The position numbers were made by a program, and so were the translations under genes. Below the pieces are notes generated by a model. The model ran no database searches and was not told where the DNA came from. It saw nothing but the letters and a program-made list of their open reading frames with translations. A stretch of DNA of 63,444 nt, counting the filler, from Platydemus manokwari (lineage: Eukaryota): the NCBI GenBank assembly GCA_037951405.1. It is 6 parts of 6 records of this genome, joined end to end, with 100 filler letters (N's around TTAATTAATTAA, not from the genome) between each part and the next. Parts side by side here need not be neighbours in the genome. Positions count along the whole stretch, not along the records: positions 50,105 to 63,444 come from JBBMOY011754729.1; 5 more parts are not named here. One strand, given 5' to 3'. Below, in pieces: positions 51,451 to 63,444 of the stretch. Position 1 is the stretch's first letter. Each line of letters begins with the position of its first letter.

Positions 51451-52329
51451 TTTATCCCCACATAATATCGATTTTTTTTGTTTGTTAAAATTTCGATGAC
51501 TGTTTTACTCTACTGCATATATGTATATATATATATGGTGCTGATATTCTCTTAATGGATTTTCTCCAATTATCGATTTCATCTTCTAAACCTAACCGAA
51601 TCAATTTCGCCAATGAACTTTGTTTCCACCTAAGAGACTTGCCACTATCTTTATTTGACTTGTAAACCAATAATTAAAACAAAATCAACTAATTCTACTC
51701 CTATATTAATAAACCACAGCACGGTGGAAACATTCAAAGTTCAACCGAAAACCAATTCATAGATATAAATTCATTTTTCTCGTTTTATAAAAATTTAATT
51801 TCTCCTCTGATTTAAACAAAACAACAGTTGTTTTAAATGCTTATTAAATAAAATGGAATTGCGCATGGATTGAATGTTGGGTGATGATTTTTTTTTTTAT
51901 TATTAAAAAAATATCAAATCCAATTGTAAGACATGACAATATGGTCAATTTAATTGGAATAGTTCGGGGTGAGGAAAGGGGAATGGGGAATGGGTTTGTT
52001 AGTAAGTTGATAAAAGAAATCCAGATGCAGTAGTAACGAAAAAAGAGGCATGATCTGATTTTAACGATAGCATCAAAGATGACAAAGGGAAATCACCAAA
52101 TCATTAGCGATAATTAACTCCATTTCATTCATTAATATCCAGGAGAAAAAATGTTACACAGATTCTGCAGAAAATAATGTTGATAAGTAGTTGAAATCAT
52201 TAGTTTAACCAATTTTGCAGTTCTAATTTAACAAATCAAGGCTTATTAATATTTTTTTGTTTTAATTTTATACACTGTAATATAATAGTGTGAAATCTTT
52301 CTTGTGGTTGGAAAAAAGTTGGGCTTGAA

Positions 52330-54180
52330 AAACACAGATTACGTAAGCAAACACAAAATCGACGCTGGTCGTAAACGATGAAGATATTCAAATGATCGTT
52401 TTCGTAATAAAAAACAAGAGATAAAGATCAGCAAGCGTTGATTTAGAATTGCACCGACCAATCCGTCCGTTGTGTCATCCAGGATCCCGGTTGGTGATTA
52501 TATTTTCGTACTTTGACAAAACAAAGCTGTTGCACACACACACGGCTTATAATTTCTAGCAGCTATGTCGATGATGGCTTTGAAAGAAACCTTGTCCAAA
52601 AATATCAATGAAAGCTGGTTTTTTGGTGAGATTGAATCTACAGAAATCATATCATGAGCATGGAAATTTTCCCCAACAAACAAAAGAATCAGTATGGGGA
52701 AAAATCGATTCTAAAAATATTTCCAATGCTCCCCCATTATTTGATACCACTTATGTATCATATATGCATTGTACTTTGACTGACCAACCGGAGATCCTCT
52801 GGGTTTCCGGGACTCCTATTATTTTCCCTACCCCATTCGCGTATATTATATTGAACAAATGATTTCTCCAACACCATGACATTCGGAATATTAGTCTGAA
52901 ATTCAATGAACTTTTCATAGTGATATCCAATGCCAATTGTTGGCATTCTTTATTTGTGCCATTTGCCAGAGTGATATTTACAATTGGAGGGGAAATCGTT
53001 GAGTAAAAATGGCAGAATAGTGATTGTGATATGAATTTACTTTCATTTTATAGGAAAATCGGATCAATGCTCCAATAGGATCTATAGGAAGTAGTCAACT
53101 GAAATGGAAATGGTACCCGGGATTGGGTCCCCCATTCTTGTTCAAATGACATTGATTGATTTCATTCCCAATCAGCGAGATTTATTCACGTGTTGCGTGG
53201 GCGAATCTCGCTTGTTGGTGATCAATGTCACGACATATTGACAGGATAGAACCCACTAGGGATCAAAATTGAAATTAATATAACAAAAATACCGAAAAAC
53301 AATACAATGAAGTATTTCATGTTAACTGCTGATAGCACGAATGAATCTGCAACGTGACTTGCTAATTATAGGATTTACATGATATGTGTGATATGATGGA
53401 GTAACACCATTGAATTCCTCAACAGATCATCTTGACGGTATTTTTATTTTCACGTTTTCTTCTTTCTCTTCTTCCTTTACAGACAATTTGAATTAAATTC
53501 TGTCACCGATGGCATGATTTGCTGAACACAGCACAAGTGGACTCATTCTTTTATATTCAGAATTTATTCAAAAATTATTTTGTTTATTCGAATACAGAGA
53601 TTAATATTAGAAAAATCGATATTCTCGTAGTCTTAAAATTTTTTAAAAAATTATAAAAAATTGAAAAAACTAAAGATTTTCTATCAGAGCAGCAATGAGA
53701 GATAGGAATGGATATTAATTTTTATTCCGACGATGTAAATCTGGTAATTATAGAAATTAGTTCTTGTAATATTCGGTTTCCATGGTGATAGAAATTTCTG
53801 TGGATCATTTGATAAGCGAAACGAACTTGCCTTGGTGGAAAATATTGATTGATTTGAAATATATTTATCAATGAAAATCCAAGACCTACGCCTGGCTTTT
53901 GTGAAAAACATTCCACCGGTGGAGTTTCAGACAATCATAATCTCAGATTTTTGAGAGAATTAAAGAATTTAATATTCTTCAATAAACATTACCGGTGAGA
54001 CTGAAAAATGGTAGAATTATCGAAGATGACTTTTGACTGTGAGATGTGTTTTGATTTATGGTAAAGGGATCATGCAATTAGATTGAGTTCTCCATCATTG
54101 ATTTTCGACAAACACGTATCCCATAAGCCATTTTCGTTGTCAATCAATTTTCTACCGATGTCAGCCAGACTCCAATGAAA
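52330..54180 (+). ncRNA. Candidate structured non-coding RNA, 3' block (possibly the same transcript)
   Basis: Long hairpin 53147-53230, branched stem 52656-52731, and hairpins 52788-52810 and 52929-52947. Wobbles again favour the plus strand. Confidence 0.5.
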
Positions 54181-54767
54181 TAGCTATTTATTGAACATAA
54201 AAATTTACCCTTTTCCTTAATAATTTTCATATAATACTAGGAATAATGCCAAAGTGACATCTAGGGGTTCAAGGGTACCATAGCAACGATTATAAAAAGC
54301 ATATTTTCCAAAATAAATAATGAGACTGAAAATTATTGATAAGGAATCAAAATTACAAACAACCCTCTCATAACGCTGCCAATTCATTCTATGGTTTGGT
54401 GAGATGATCGTGTTTAGAAAAGCCTGGACAATAAGTTGATCCCACAACGCTGTTAGAACAACTTGACTGTGCTAAAGAAGGGTTGACTACATATAGGAAT
54501 GAAAATATTATTGATTTCTATCAGATCCTATTTTCAATGAATATATTTTATTCCTCTTGATTGAATGACTTGAAAAACCCTTTTTACTTTAATTTCCCCA
54601 ACAAGATAATTTTCGTTGAAAATTTCAAACAAAACTCAATAGGTTTTCCATAAATGGTTTCTTCTCCAATTGAAAAAGACAACAAGCAATTCATCATAGA
54701 TTTATTAAATTTATTAAAGAAAGGTGAAATTACAATATACAATTTGAGACCCTCATTTGAGGAGCAA

Positions 54768-56189
54768 TCACAACATCTCTGATCGTTTTTGTGAATGAGA
54801 AAAGAAATTGTTTTGATTTTGCTGAGGATAGAGATGTGAATATTGTTTTGTATCTTGGCAGCTGAGCTGGTTCGGTATATCAATGTGGTGGAAAAAACCC
54901 TGTTGATACAGAGGATGGCTCTGGATAAGAGGCATTCCAATATTAGAGGGGTATTGGCTAATGCTAGGATTGTTCTGGTGATCATCAGCTGATCCGTCTG
55001 TACAGTGGCCAGGATATGACTGCAAAGGCATCGAAAATAAGCCCGCAGTTGCAGTGTGAGCTAATGACCAAATTTTTGGTTTCACCTCATTGATTTTGGA
55101 CGAAAAATTCGTTTTCGCTAACATTACACAGAATATGAATATAATGTCATAATATTATAGGAATTACCTGTGATATCATCATGATCAGATAGGGTATCTA
55201 GTTGGCAGTCTGTTTTCAAACCGTCATCGGAGTCGGCATCTTTGCATTTTGTATCCGTTTCTTGGTCGGAATTCGTTGCATCATCGCTGCGATTTTTTGG
55301 TGACCAAGTCATTTTATTCTCTTTTTTCAGTCGCCTCCTAGCATTGGCAAACCACGTCGAAACTTGAGTGAGAGTCATTTTCGTGATTATAGCTAACATT
55401 ATCTTTTCTCCTTTGGTCGGGTAAGGGTTCTTAATATGTTCTTGGAGCCAAGCTTTGAGTGTGCTTGTGCTTTCACGAGTAGCGTTTTTGCGACGAGCGC
55501 TGTTTAAATCGAGAGTAGGACTGAAAATATGGATAAAACATTTGAAATTTTGGAATTTTTTTTGCTGGACAAAACAAAGTTGTTGATTGGTAAAATTATT
55601 AATCCCCATCAATCAATAAATATCAATAAATCTAAAAATTACTTTCCAATGTATCCGTATGGATTTGCCCATGCAGAATTATCATAACTTGCATATGGGT
55701 TGTGATCACCTGCCATCATGTGAGCGGCCGATCGCCATGCAGTTCCAAAATCGCAACACAAATGGTTATTGTTACCAAATGTATGAGTCGATGAATAAAA
55801 CGGAATGTTTGTGTTTGGTGATATACTATCAGGTCCAAATGGAGGCGGTGGCGGTGGCGGTTGTTGTTCTGCGCTGGTTATTGACGAAACAGTACTGGCG
55901 TCCGTGGAATTGAGATTACTTTGGTTAGGAGATGTCGATGGGTGTAATGATGACAGTAATCTCGATTGGGCAGCCGCTGCATAAGCTGGATTATAGAGAT
56001 TTAGTAGAGACGATGGGTCGTTATTGGGATGAGACTGGAGATTGGAATAGTTAAATATCGGATTGATCTGATCTTGAATGCCACCAGGTAAAGAGATCTG
56101 AAGAATTGATATTCAAGTTTTTCAAAACAAAATCAAACCCATACCTGTCCGGGAATACTGTTGATCAGGCTTGAATACGCACTATTCAT
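54768..56189 (-). CDS. irx: Iroquois-class TALE homeobox transcription factor; 4 exons: 56189-56145, 56097-55643, 55520-55168, 55117-54768 (400 aa)
   Basis: Homeodomain [64 protein letters not shown], acidic linker and IRO box [12 protein letters not shown]. All three GT-AG introns (47, 122 and 50 nt) keep the frame. Confidence 0.95.
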
Positions 56190-56499
56190 GGTAAATAAGG
56201 TCTAGAAATCTTGGACAATTTATTGAGTTCTCAATTATCAATATTAAATCAACCACTGTTCTATCGATTCTGATTATGTTGTACTAATTTGTTATTTCTT
56301 GTTTACAACCTGGTTTACAAGCAAATACAATATTTGACCCGACTAACAAGCTAAATAGGAAGTGGAAATCGCATCCCAATTCGCTAGCTATCAAAACATG
56401 ACACATCACCAGCGCTCTTGTCTTCATTGGAATATTGTAACAATTCTCGTTACACACATACTGACACACTTATCTCAAATGGTTATTGTCGGATATATT

Positions 56500-56545
56500 T
56501 GAAGAACCAATCAAATCGTGCAATTTTTCAACCAATCATATTTCT
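56500..56545. promoter_or_regulatory. Paired CCAAT boxes in the putative Irx promoter
   Basis: aaccaatca occurs twice about 25 bp apart, roughly 320-350 bp upstream of the Irx ATG. Confidence 0.4.
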
Positions 56546-59348
56546 TCGCTGATTAAACAATTATTTTTAATTTTTCGAAGCAGATTATTGATTTTTCTCA
56601 CTGTACATTTATTTTGATTTATATTTTGATAATGATTTTAAATTGAAATCAAATTGATAAAAAACGGTCCAATAATATTATATAAAATAAATTCCAATCA
56701 TTGTGAAAGATGCAAAAAAGATTGGTACGTTATGTAATAAGGGATTAATTAACTTTATTCACTGGCACACTTAGCGACATACTTACCAGACGCCTGTTAT
56801 TACTTAAGGTTGAACGTGTGCTTGAATCCTTTTTAGAGATATGGATCAAAAATAACCATAATTAAACGGATTAGATAGTTATCGCTTTGAAAATTTTAAA
56901 AATCTATTAAATCACAATCGGAACGTTTCGAGATGAAATAATAAAAAAATTAATTATAATAAATTATAATTATAATTATCTATGAAGGAGAAATCCATTA
57001 GTTTTTGATTAAATTTATTTTTGAAATTATCTGACAAGATTGCTCACTAATTGTCAGTAATGTTAATATATGAATATATTAATGTGAAATTCATTGCTTA
57101 ATCGATATAAAAAACAAAAATAAATAATTAAATCGCTTAAAAAGTCGTATTGAAAGGTAATAGTTTAATCTAATAAGTCGAAATGTTTTATGGAATCATT
57201 CACGATAATCTTAATATTATGTTCTCACCAATCCATAACCAGTTCCAATATCATAGCAATAACTTCAAATCATGAGCTGATATACAGCAAATCTCTACTC
57301 TAATATTAAATACAACTGATAAGAAAGTCGATGTTTGAGATCTACTTTCTGAAATTGCAGTTTTAGAAGTAAAAATCAATGAATTTATTCATCGATAGAT
57401 TTATATTAATAATGGACGAAATATTTTTTCCAGTTACGCCATGACATATTTCGATTATTGAAAAGGATATTCGAAATTTTTTTCATTGATTTTATAGGAT
57501 CTTAATCGTGTAAAATATCGATATATCGATTTCTAAAAATCGTGGAATCGTTAATAGATTATTGATGGAAGGAATCGATTGATTGTAATGACCACCCCAC
57601 TCCGGTGATTAGCTACAGCAATCCTGATATTTTAATGAGTGTTAATAATAATAAAATATAATTTTTTAATATCTGATCCACTTAATAAATAATATGTTAA
57701 CGAATAAAGAAATATGATTAAAATCATCCACCACGAAGTCGTAATATTAACGATAATCCCGTAATATTAGTCTATAACGGACCAAATAATTCAGGTTTTT
57801 AATGATTTTTATTATCATACAATAATATAATGGTGGGTTTCGATTTGTTAATCATAATAACCCTCAATTTTGGACAACTGGATGACAATCATAAATAAGT
57901 ATCTCAAACATCATCATTTTCAGTCTACTGTCTCATTTCATCTTCACATTCATTCCATAAATACCGATGATTCTATCTCTAACCTGTCCTGTTAGAATGA
58001 TTGTCGATCACAAAACATGAGTTTGAAATGTAGCATTGATAAACCATAATCGCAGTCATGTTTTCAGTTGGTCATCATAATATGTCGGAACATGACAATA
58101 TTATATTTAGCTCTGGCTATGCTTTCAACGCCAACTATTTTCAAATCAGATAAACCATATCTACGATCTATCGACGAAACTACGCGTTTATACCAAAAAA
58201 AATAATTCACCTGTACACATATCTAATCGGTCAATAGTTTTTTGTATCTATGGTAAGTAGTGGTTCTGCATGTCAATCCGATACACGAAACTATTCTCAT
58301 ACACTCATAATTTTCTTGATCACGTTACCAAACCGTAATGGTGAAATATTGATAGGTTATATTTATTTATATTCATTAATTCAAATGGTAATGGGATTAG
58401 GATAATTGAATTAGTCAATGTCCGACCACCTTTGTTCATTACATCATGTGGGATACTGTGATCCGTGAAATATATAGCATAATTCTCGATATCTACTACT
58501 ATGCCATATGATAATTTACGCCGATGATTGTTGGCATATGATAATTAAAGTTGCTGTTAGTGATAATTGATAGTGGTATGCGAACTGATGAGGACCAGTG
58601 TCTTTGGAAAATTTTCGGTGGGGGGAGATAATGATCCTACTGCATCGGATGGAGAGAGAAAAAAAAAACCGATCAGTGGTGGCTGCTAAATATTTTTTCA
58701 CAGTTCGTGTGAATAAAAAGAGACCGAGTCTGGTTTTTTTTTCCTTCTTTTAGCAATAATGAATGATAGGGCAATTATGATATTTAGCTTTTTCTTCGGT
58801 TAATTAGCAGTGGCCGCATTGGGTAGATCAACTGTCGATGATGATTTCCTGAGAGAATACAAACTAGCAGATGAGCAATTCTGTCTGTTGGGAAATTATG
58901 TTGCAGGACTGTTAATTATCAGCTACTATCAGTCAGTAGAGCTCGCTACAACTTACCAACAAGGATTACCAAAAGGTGAGATAAGACGAATGTACAACTG
59001 GTGTTGACAGTAATTACTGATGGGCAGTCAGTACTCTCATATGATATGCTCAATATCATCTTTGAACTTATCTAATTATAATTTATTTAATTGCTCCCCG
59101 TTTTTTAAGGTTTGAGATTGAGAATATTTTTTCCGTTTCGAACCATATATTCAATGCTGATGTCGCAATGTTGATTCCATCAGCATATATCCATGATCGG
59201 ACGAAAACCAATCGATACCTTTCCGTGAAAAATACGCCAATGCTTGCCCACGTCTGTGATAAATTTGTAAATAAGTGGAGATATTTAGGACAGCTTCAAT
59301 AATATTTTGTATTTTGAGAAATTTTATGGAACGTTATATATTTGTTTA

Positions 59349-59548
59349 CCTTATTTTCCGGACTATAAGGCGCGCATCATAACTATGAAATTAAATATAA
59401 AATGTAGAGTAAGATTTAATGCTCTTCATCATCTAATATGTCACACTCGATTATATTAACATCATCACTATCTTTTTTGATAATATTCCAGCCTTGATAA
59501 ATCCGAAAAATCTGTTTTAAGGGGACCCTTATAGTCCGAAAAATAAGG
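59349..59548. mobile_element. 200-bp pogo-type MITE
   Basis: TIRs ccttattttccggactataagg / ccttatagtccgaaaaataagg, flanked by TA on both sides. Confidence 0.9.
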
Positions 59549-62500
59549 TAGATATTTACAATAATTTCGTGGGCTACCAATCAGAAATTTATTATGCAGA
59601 AAGTAAATATTTATTATTATATTCTTGATATATCAGATTTAATAAAAATCTTTTTCATGGTTTGAAAATGTTGTGGATAAATAATCATTTTCCTTTCGAT
59701 TATGTCATCAATTACGGATATCAGTCACAAATGCCTTTTTATCGTGATCAAGTTGGACGCATGTGATAATTTTCTGTTTCGATTTTTTTGGAAGGCTTTC
59801 CATGAAAAACGACAATCGATAAATATGCCATATTTCCATAGTGATGCACTTCAAATTAATTACCATTCATTAAAACAATTTTTCATTAGAATTATTCTCG
59901 GTGTTTTATATTGAGAGCGATAATCTGTACTTTCATTGAAATTATCAATGAATTTCTGCTTGATCCAGACAATGGAAAAGCAAAAAGAAGTGATATATTA
60001 TTCTCGGAAGTAACTTAATGGAAGAAATGAACGACAAAGAAAAGAAAAATACTTCCATCGATTGTTAGATTTCAACAGCTCAAAAAAGCCAATTTCCGCA
60101 TGCCATGAAGAAATGTGAGTGCCTGTGTGTGTGTGTGCGTCTATAATTACTGAAATCAGTGAAGTATACGGTAATAATTGTGGAGGCACCGATTTTGGCA
60201 GTTGGGATATAATTTTTGTGCTTCAAATTCTTCGTACGAGCGAACACTTGCTTGATGCACATTAAGTAGTGAATGTAATGAAAAATCTGTCTTCGTTAAT
60301 ATCAAGGGATACATCACAGAAAATTGGATTAGTAAAATAGATTGGCAATTAGCAGAGTGAACACATTTATTTCCGAGCGGTGTGGATTTCACCTTTCAAT
60401 ATCGGCTGTACTTACACGGTTAAAAATTGCTATCCAATTTAAAGGGTTGAAACAAATCATAATGATGATTATCATTAATAAATATCAGTACGGGAAAATC
60501 ATTCGTTTCAATGCGATCCATTTTGAAACAATTTAAAATCGTTTCTCGGGAATTTTTTACAGAATTAATAATGAGTCTGTGAATTTCTGTGGTGCTTGTG
60601 AGAAATGTTTGTCTATAAAAAATTTTTGTCAAAAAAACTCTCCGAGAAAATCGAGGACAAATATCCAGGTCATCATTTTCACATTATCAAATCTTTTAAC
60701 TGGGGACATATACTACTGAGAGACTTTATCAGCAGTAGAAAAGGAAATGTTTTCATTTAGATCAAAAGCTATAGATTTATGTTTAAAGTACTTTTATCAT
60801 GTCTTTAATCCAGTTTTCTACCAATCATCATCATTTACTTTCACCGATAAATTGACATATTTCGAAATTTTTTTTCGTTGCATGTTGTGAAATTGACAGA
60901 CAAAAATTTTGAAGCCCAATTGACGGAAATGAAAAGAATATCAGCCTTGACAATCATCGTGAAGTGACTGCTCATCTATCACTAGTTGCCTTGAGAGGAG
61001 GATAAACTCAGTACACAAGCAGTGTCTTGAAATCAAAGTTAATAATACAACTCGAACTTATCGGATGACATGTGTAAAAAATTTATGAGGTCAACTGTAG
61101 CTGACCACTTGAACGTATGTCATGTAGTCAATTTCATTGAGAGAGTTTTATCCGTTGAATTGTGATGTCTTATATGAAATTAATATATCTATATTCGCGT
61201 AAGACTGTATGCAGCCCTTTAGGCTTTGTCTCTAGAAATGTACTTCTATGTAGTCCGAAAGAAGATGTCAATGTTATTCTAGTTTCTTATAACTCTTTAA
61301 ATATGTGGTTTTAGTAAAGGACTTTCAGTTATGAGAAGTTCAATTACTAAGGGAAATTTATAATAAAATGTATGCTAAATTTATTTTAATATAAATCCTT
61401 GTAATGTACAAACTCGATTCCTTAAAGTTAATGTTCTTCATGCTTGGCTTTAAATTGTTCTTCCTTGAAGCTTACAATCAACGACTACCTCCTTTACTTT
61501 ACCGAATCCTATATTTACCGAAAAACACTGTTTTCTGACCGTCTATGTCCTTTAGCGAAAACGTATTAATATCCTTTGGTTTAAAGATATTGTACTATTG
61601 GTACTCTCTAAGGTGCAATATTATATGAGCTAAAGTTATATATTTTTAAATCGGAAGTAATGTTATATCTGAAAATAACCGTTAATATTTTATTAATAAT
61701 TGATCAATGTTTCGATAAATGGCTTAATAAATTCGCTACCAACACCCAAACTTAATAGGCTCTAATTTTCTTATCTGACTTGTTATTATATAAAAAGTTC
61801 TCACTGATAACAACAACTCATCTATTTAAATAATTATATATTATGTAGGTTAAGGTGTAACCCCAAATTATTAGTTAAATATTAATAAACGTGAACTATG
61901 TGCCTTCACCTATTATGGATTAACTAACATAGAAACTCTTTCTGGTTGTATAACAAACCTCTCAGTTACTGATCTCGTTGCTGCGATCCCCAAATACCAA
62001 CAACTACACCAGCTGATTCTTACCATCGATTACTGTTTTGTTTGAATGGCAAATTTCTCAATTTGACAACTTCTCGTATGGCAATTTATGCACGATATTA
62101 CCATGGAGATCAAATCAACATTTATGATGAAATATTTATTTGATATTGTAATTCATTGTTTTGATAAATATATTTGCACAATTTATTTTTCATCATTTCA
62201 TTAAAACCTTTTCCCATTATTAATCGACTTTCATTTTACGTTCCTGACTCTAATGTGATCTTTGTTTTTTGTTTTAATTTATAGATTTATTTATTTATTT
62301 GATGATTTTTTTTTTATTATTTTATTTTATTTATTTATTTATTATTAATACCTCTATCGATTATTTTATTCGTTTGAGATCATCAATCAATCAATTTATC
62401 AAATAATAAGACGAGTTTTGTTTTATTAAATTAATATTGGGGGAAAATTTTCAATATATCAGACAAACAAAAAATTAACGAAACACTCGAAAGGAATGAA

Positions 62501-63019
62501 TTTATTTCGAATCGAATTCTGAAATGACCATTCGGGGATGAAATATCACACTTATTAAAATTGTTAAAAGAATAGAAATCAAATTTCTCAATGGGAGTTA
62601 TTCGATATTTTTCAATTTCGACCTGATAAGCGACTCGAATATCATTTTGATCAACTTCTCTTGTTGAAATGTGTGGAAATCCGTATTGAGACAAAGTGGA
62701 AATCATCGAATTTTTGTCATCAGATGATAAAATCGAAAAACAAAGAAATCCTTCACATTATCAGTTGTAGAATCGAAATGGAATTTTATCCCAATAATTA
62801 TTGATCATTTTTGTTTTAATAGTTTATTTAAATATTTTTATATATCGTTTATTGTTTTATTATTTAATGAATTCATATTTTAATATTATTTTTCAATGCC
62901 GTTTTAATCAGCTCGATTAATAGTTGAAGTATTTCAGTTCAGCGAGGAATCCGCAGTTAATGTTATTCACAGCCTGCTTGTTATAGATTTCGTGATATTT
63001 ATGGACAAGTATTAAAACA

Positions 63020-63300
63020 AAAACGTATAATAATAGATATTATTAATTAATATTATTAATTATTATTATCATTATTATTAATATAATAATAATTATTATT
63101 ATTGTAGATATTATTAAAATAATTAATATTATAATTATTATTGATATAATTATAATTATTTTCACTACGAACATAAATATTGCTATCATTATTATTAATA
63201 TAATAATGATTGTTTTTGTTATGATTATTATTAATAATAATACTATTATTAGTATTATTGTTAATATAATGGTAATGATAATTAATTAATTAATTAATTT
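63020..63300. repeat. AT-rich low-complexity (ATT/AAT) tract
   Basis: Degenerate trinucleotide repeats. Confidence 0.8.
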
Positions 63301-63444
63301 TTCATATGTGTTACAAGGTTTATTCAATACAAATTTGTTGGATTATTGGATTGATTGTGACCTGCTGGGGTCTGAAAGCTTTGATTCTAGAAGTCATTTT
63401 TGCATTTTCATTCATTCATCTCGGCTTTTCGTTGGGTTGGAATT

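Noticed and set aside
51589-51597. aacctaacc as a telomerase template
   Set aside because: It would encode TTAGG rather than the TTAGGG reported for planarians, and it is not adjacent to the pseudoknot.
50344-54200. rRNA, numt, RNase P/MRP or 7SK identity for the structured region
   Set aside because: No universal rRNA motifs, no CR-I/CR-V pair and no paired GAUC 7SK stem recognised by eye.
56779-56900. U1 snRNA (ATACTTACCAG start)
   Set aside because: Lacks the U1-70K loop, the U1A loop and the Sm site. It is better read as a minus-strand 5' splice-site-like sequence or chance.
58585-58625. Hammerhead ribozyme (CTGATGA-ggac-cagt-gtct...GAAA)
   Set aside because: Three extra nucleotides before GAAA, and no stem I or stem III.

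Overview
AT-rich animal genomic DNA, most likely a triclad planarian. This is an inference from composition, 47-50 nt mini-introns, single-exon orphan rhodopsin GPCRs and NeSL/LIN-type retroposons. The window is not one continuous locus: six contigs are joined by identical artificial 100-nt spacers (44N-TTAATTAATTAA-44N), so adjacency across spacers cannot be trusted. Host genes are a 7-EC protocadherin ectodomain exon (-), two paralogous intronless 7TM GPCRs (+) and a 4-exon Iroquois (Irx) homeobox gene (-, 400 aa model). Most other recognisable sequence is decayed transposon: Gypsy integrase, mariners, pogo, hAT MITEs with TSDs, Merlin, a CR1-like remnant and three RLE/NeSL LINE pieces. The most striking unexplained feature is a ~4 kb non-coding region (about 50340-54200) convergent with Irx. 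It is densely packed with nested, GC-rich helices whose G-U wobbles favour a plus-strand RNA, and it includes a possible pseudoknot. It is a candidate undescribed large structured ncRNA. All folding was done by eye and needs computational and expression confirmation.
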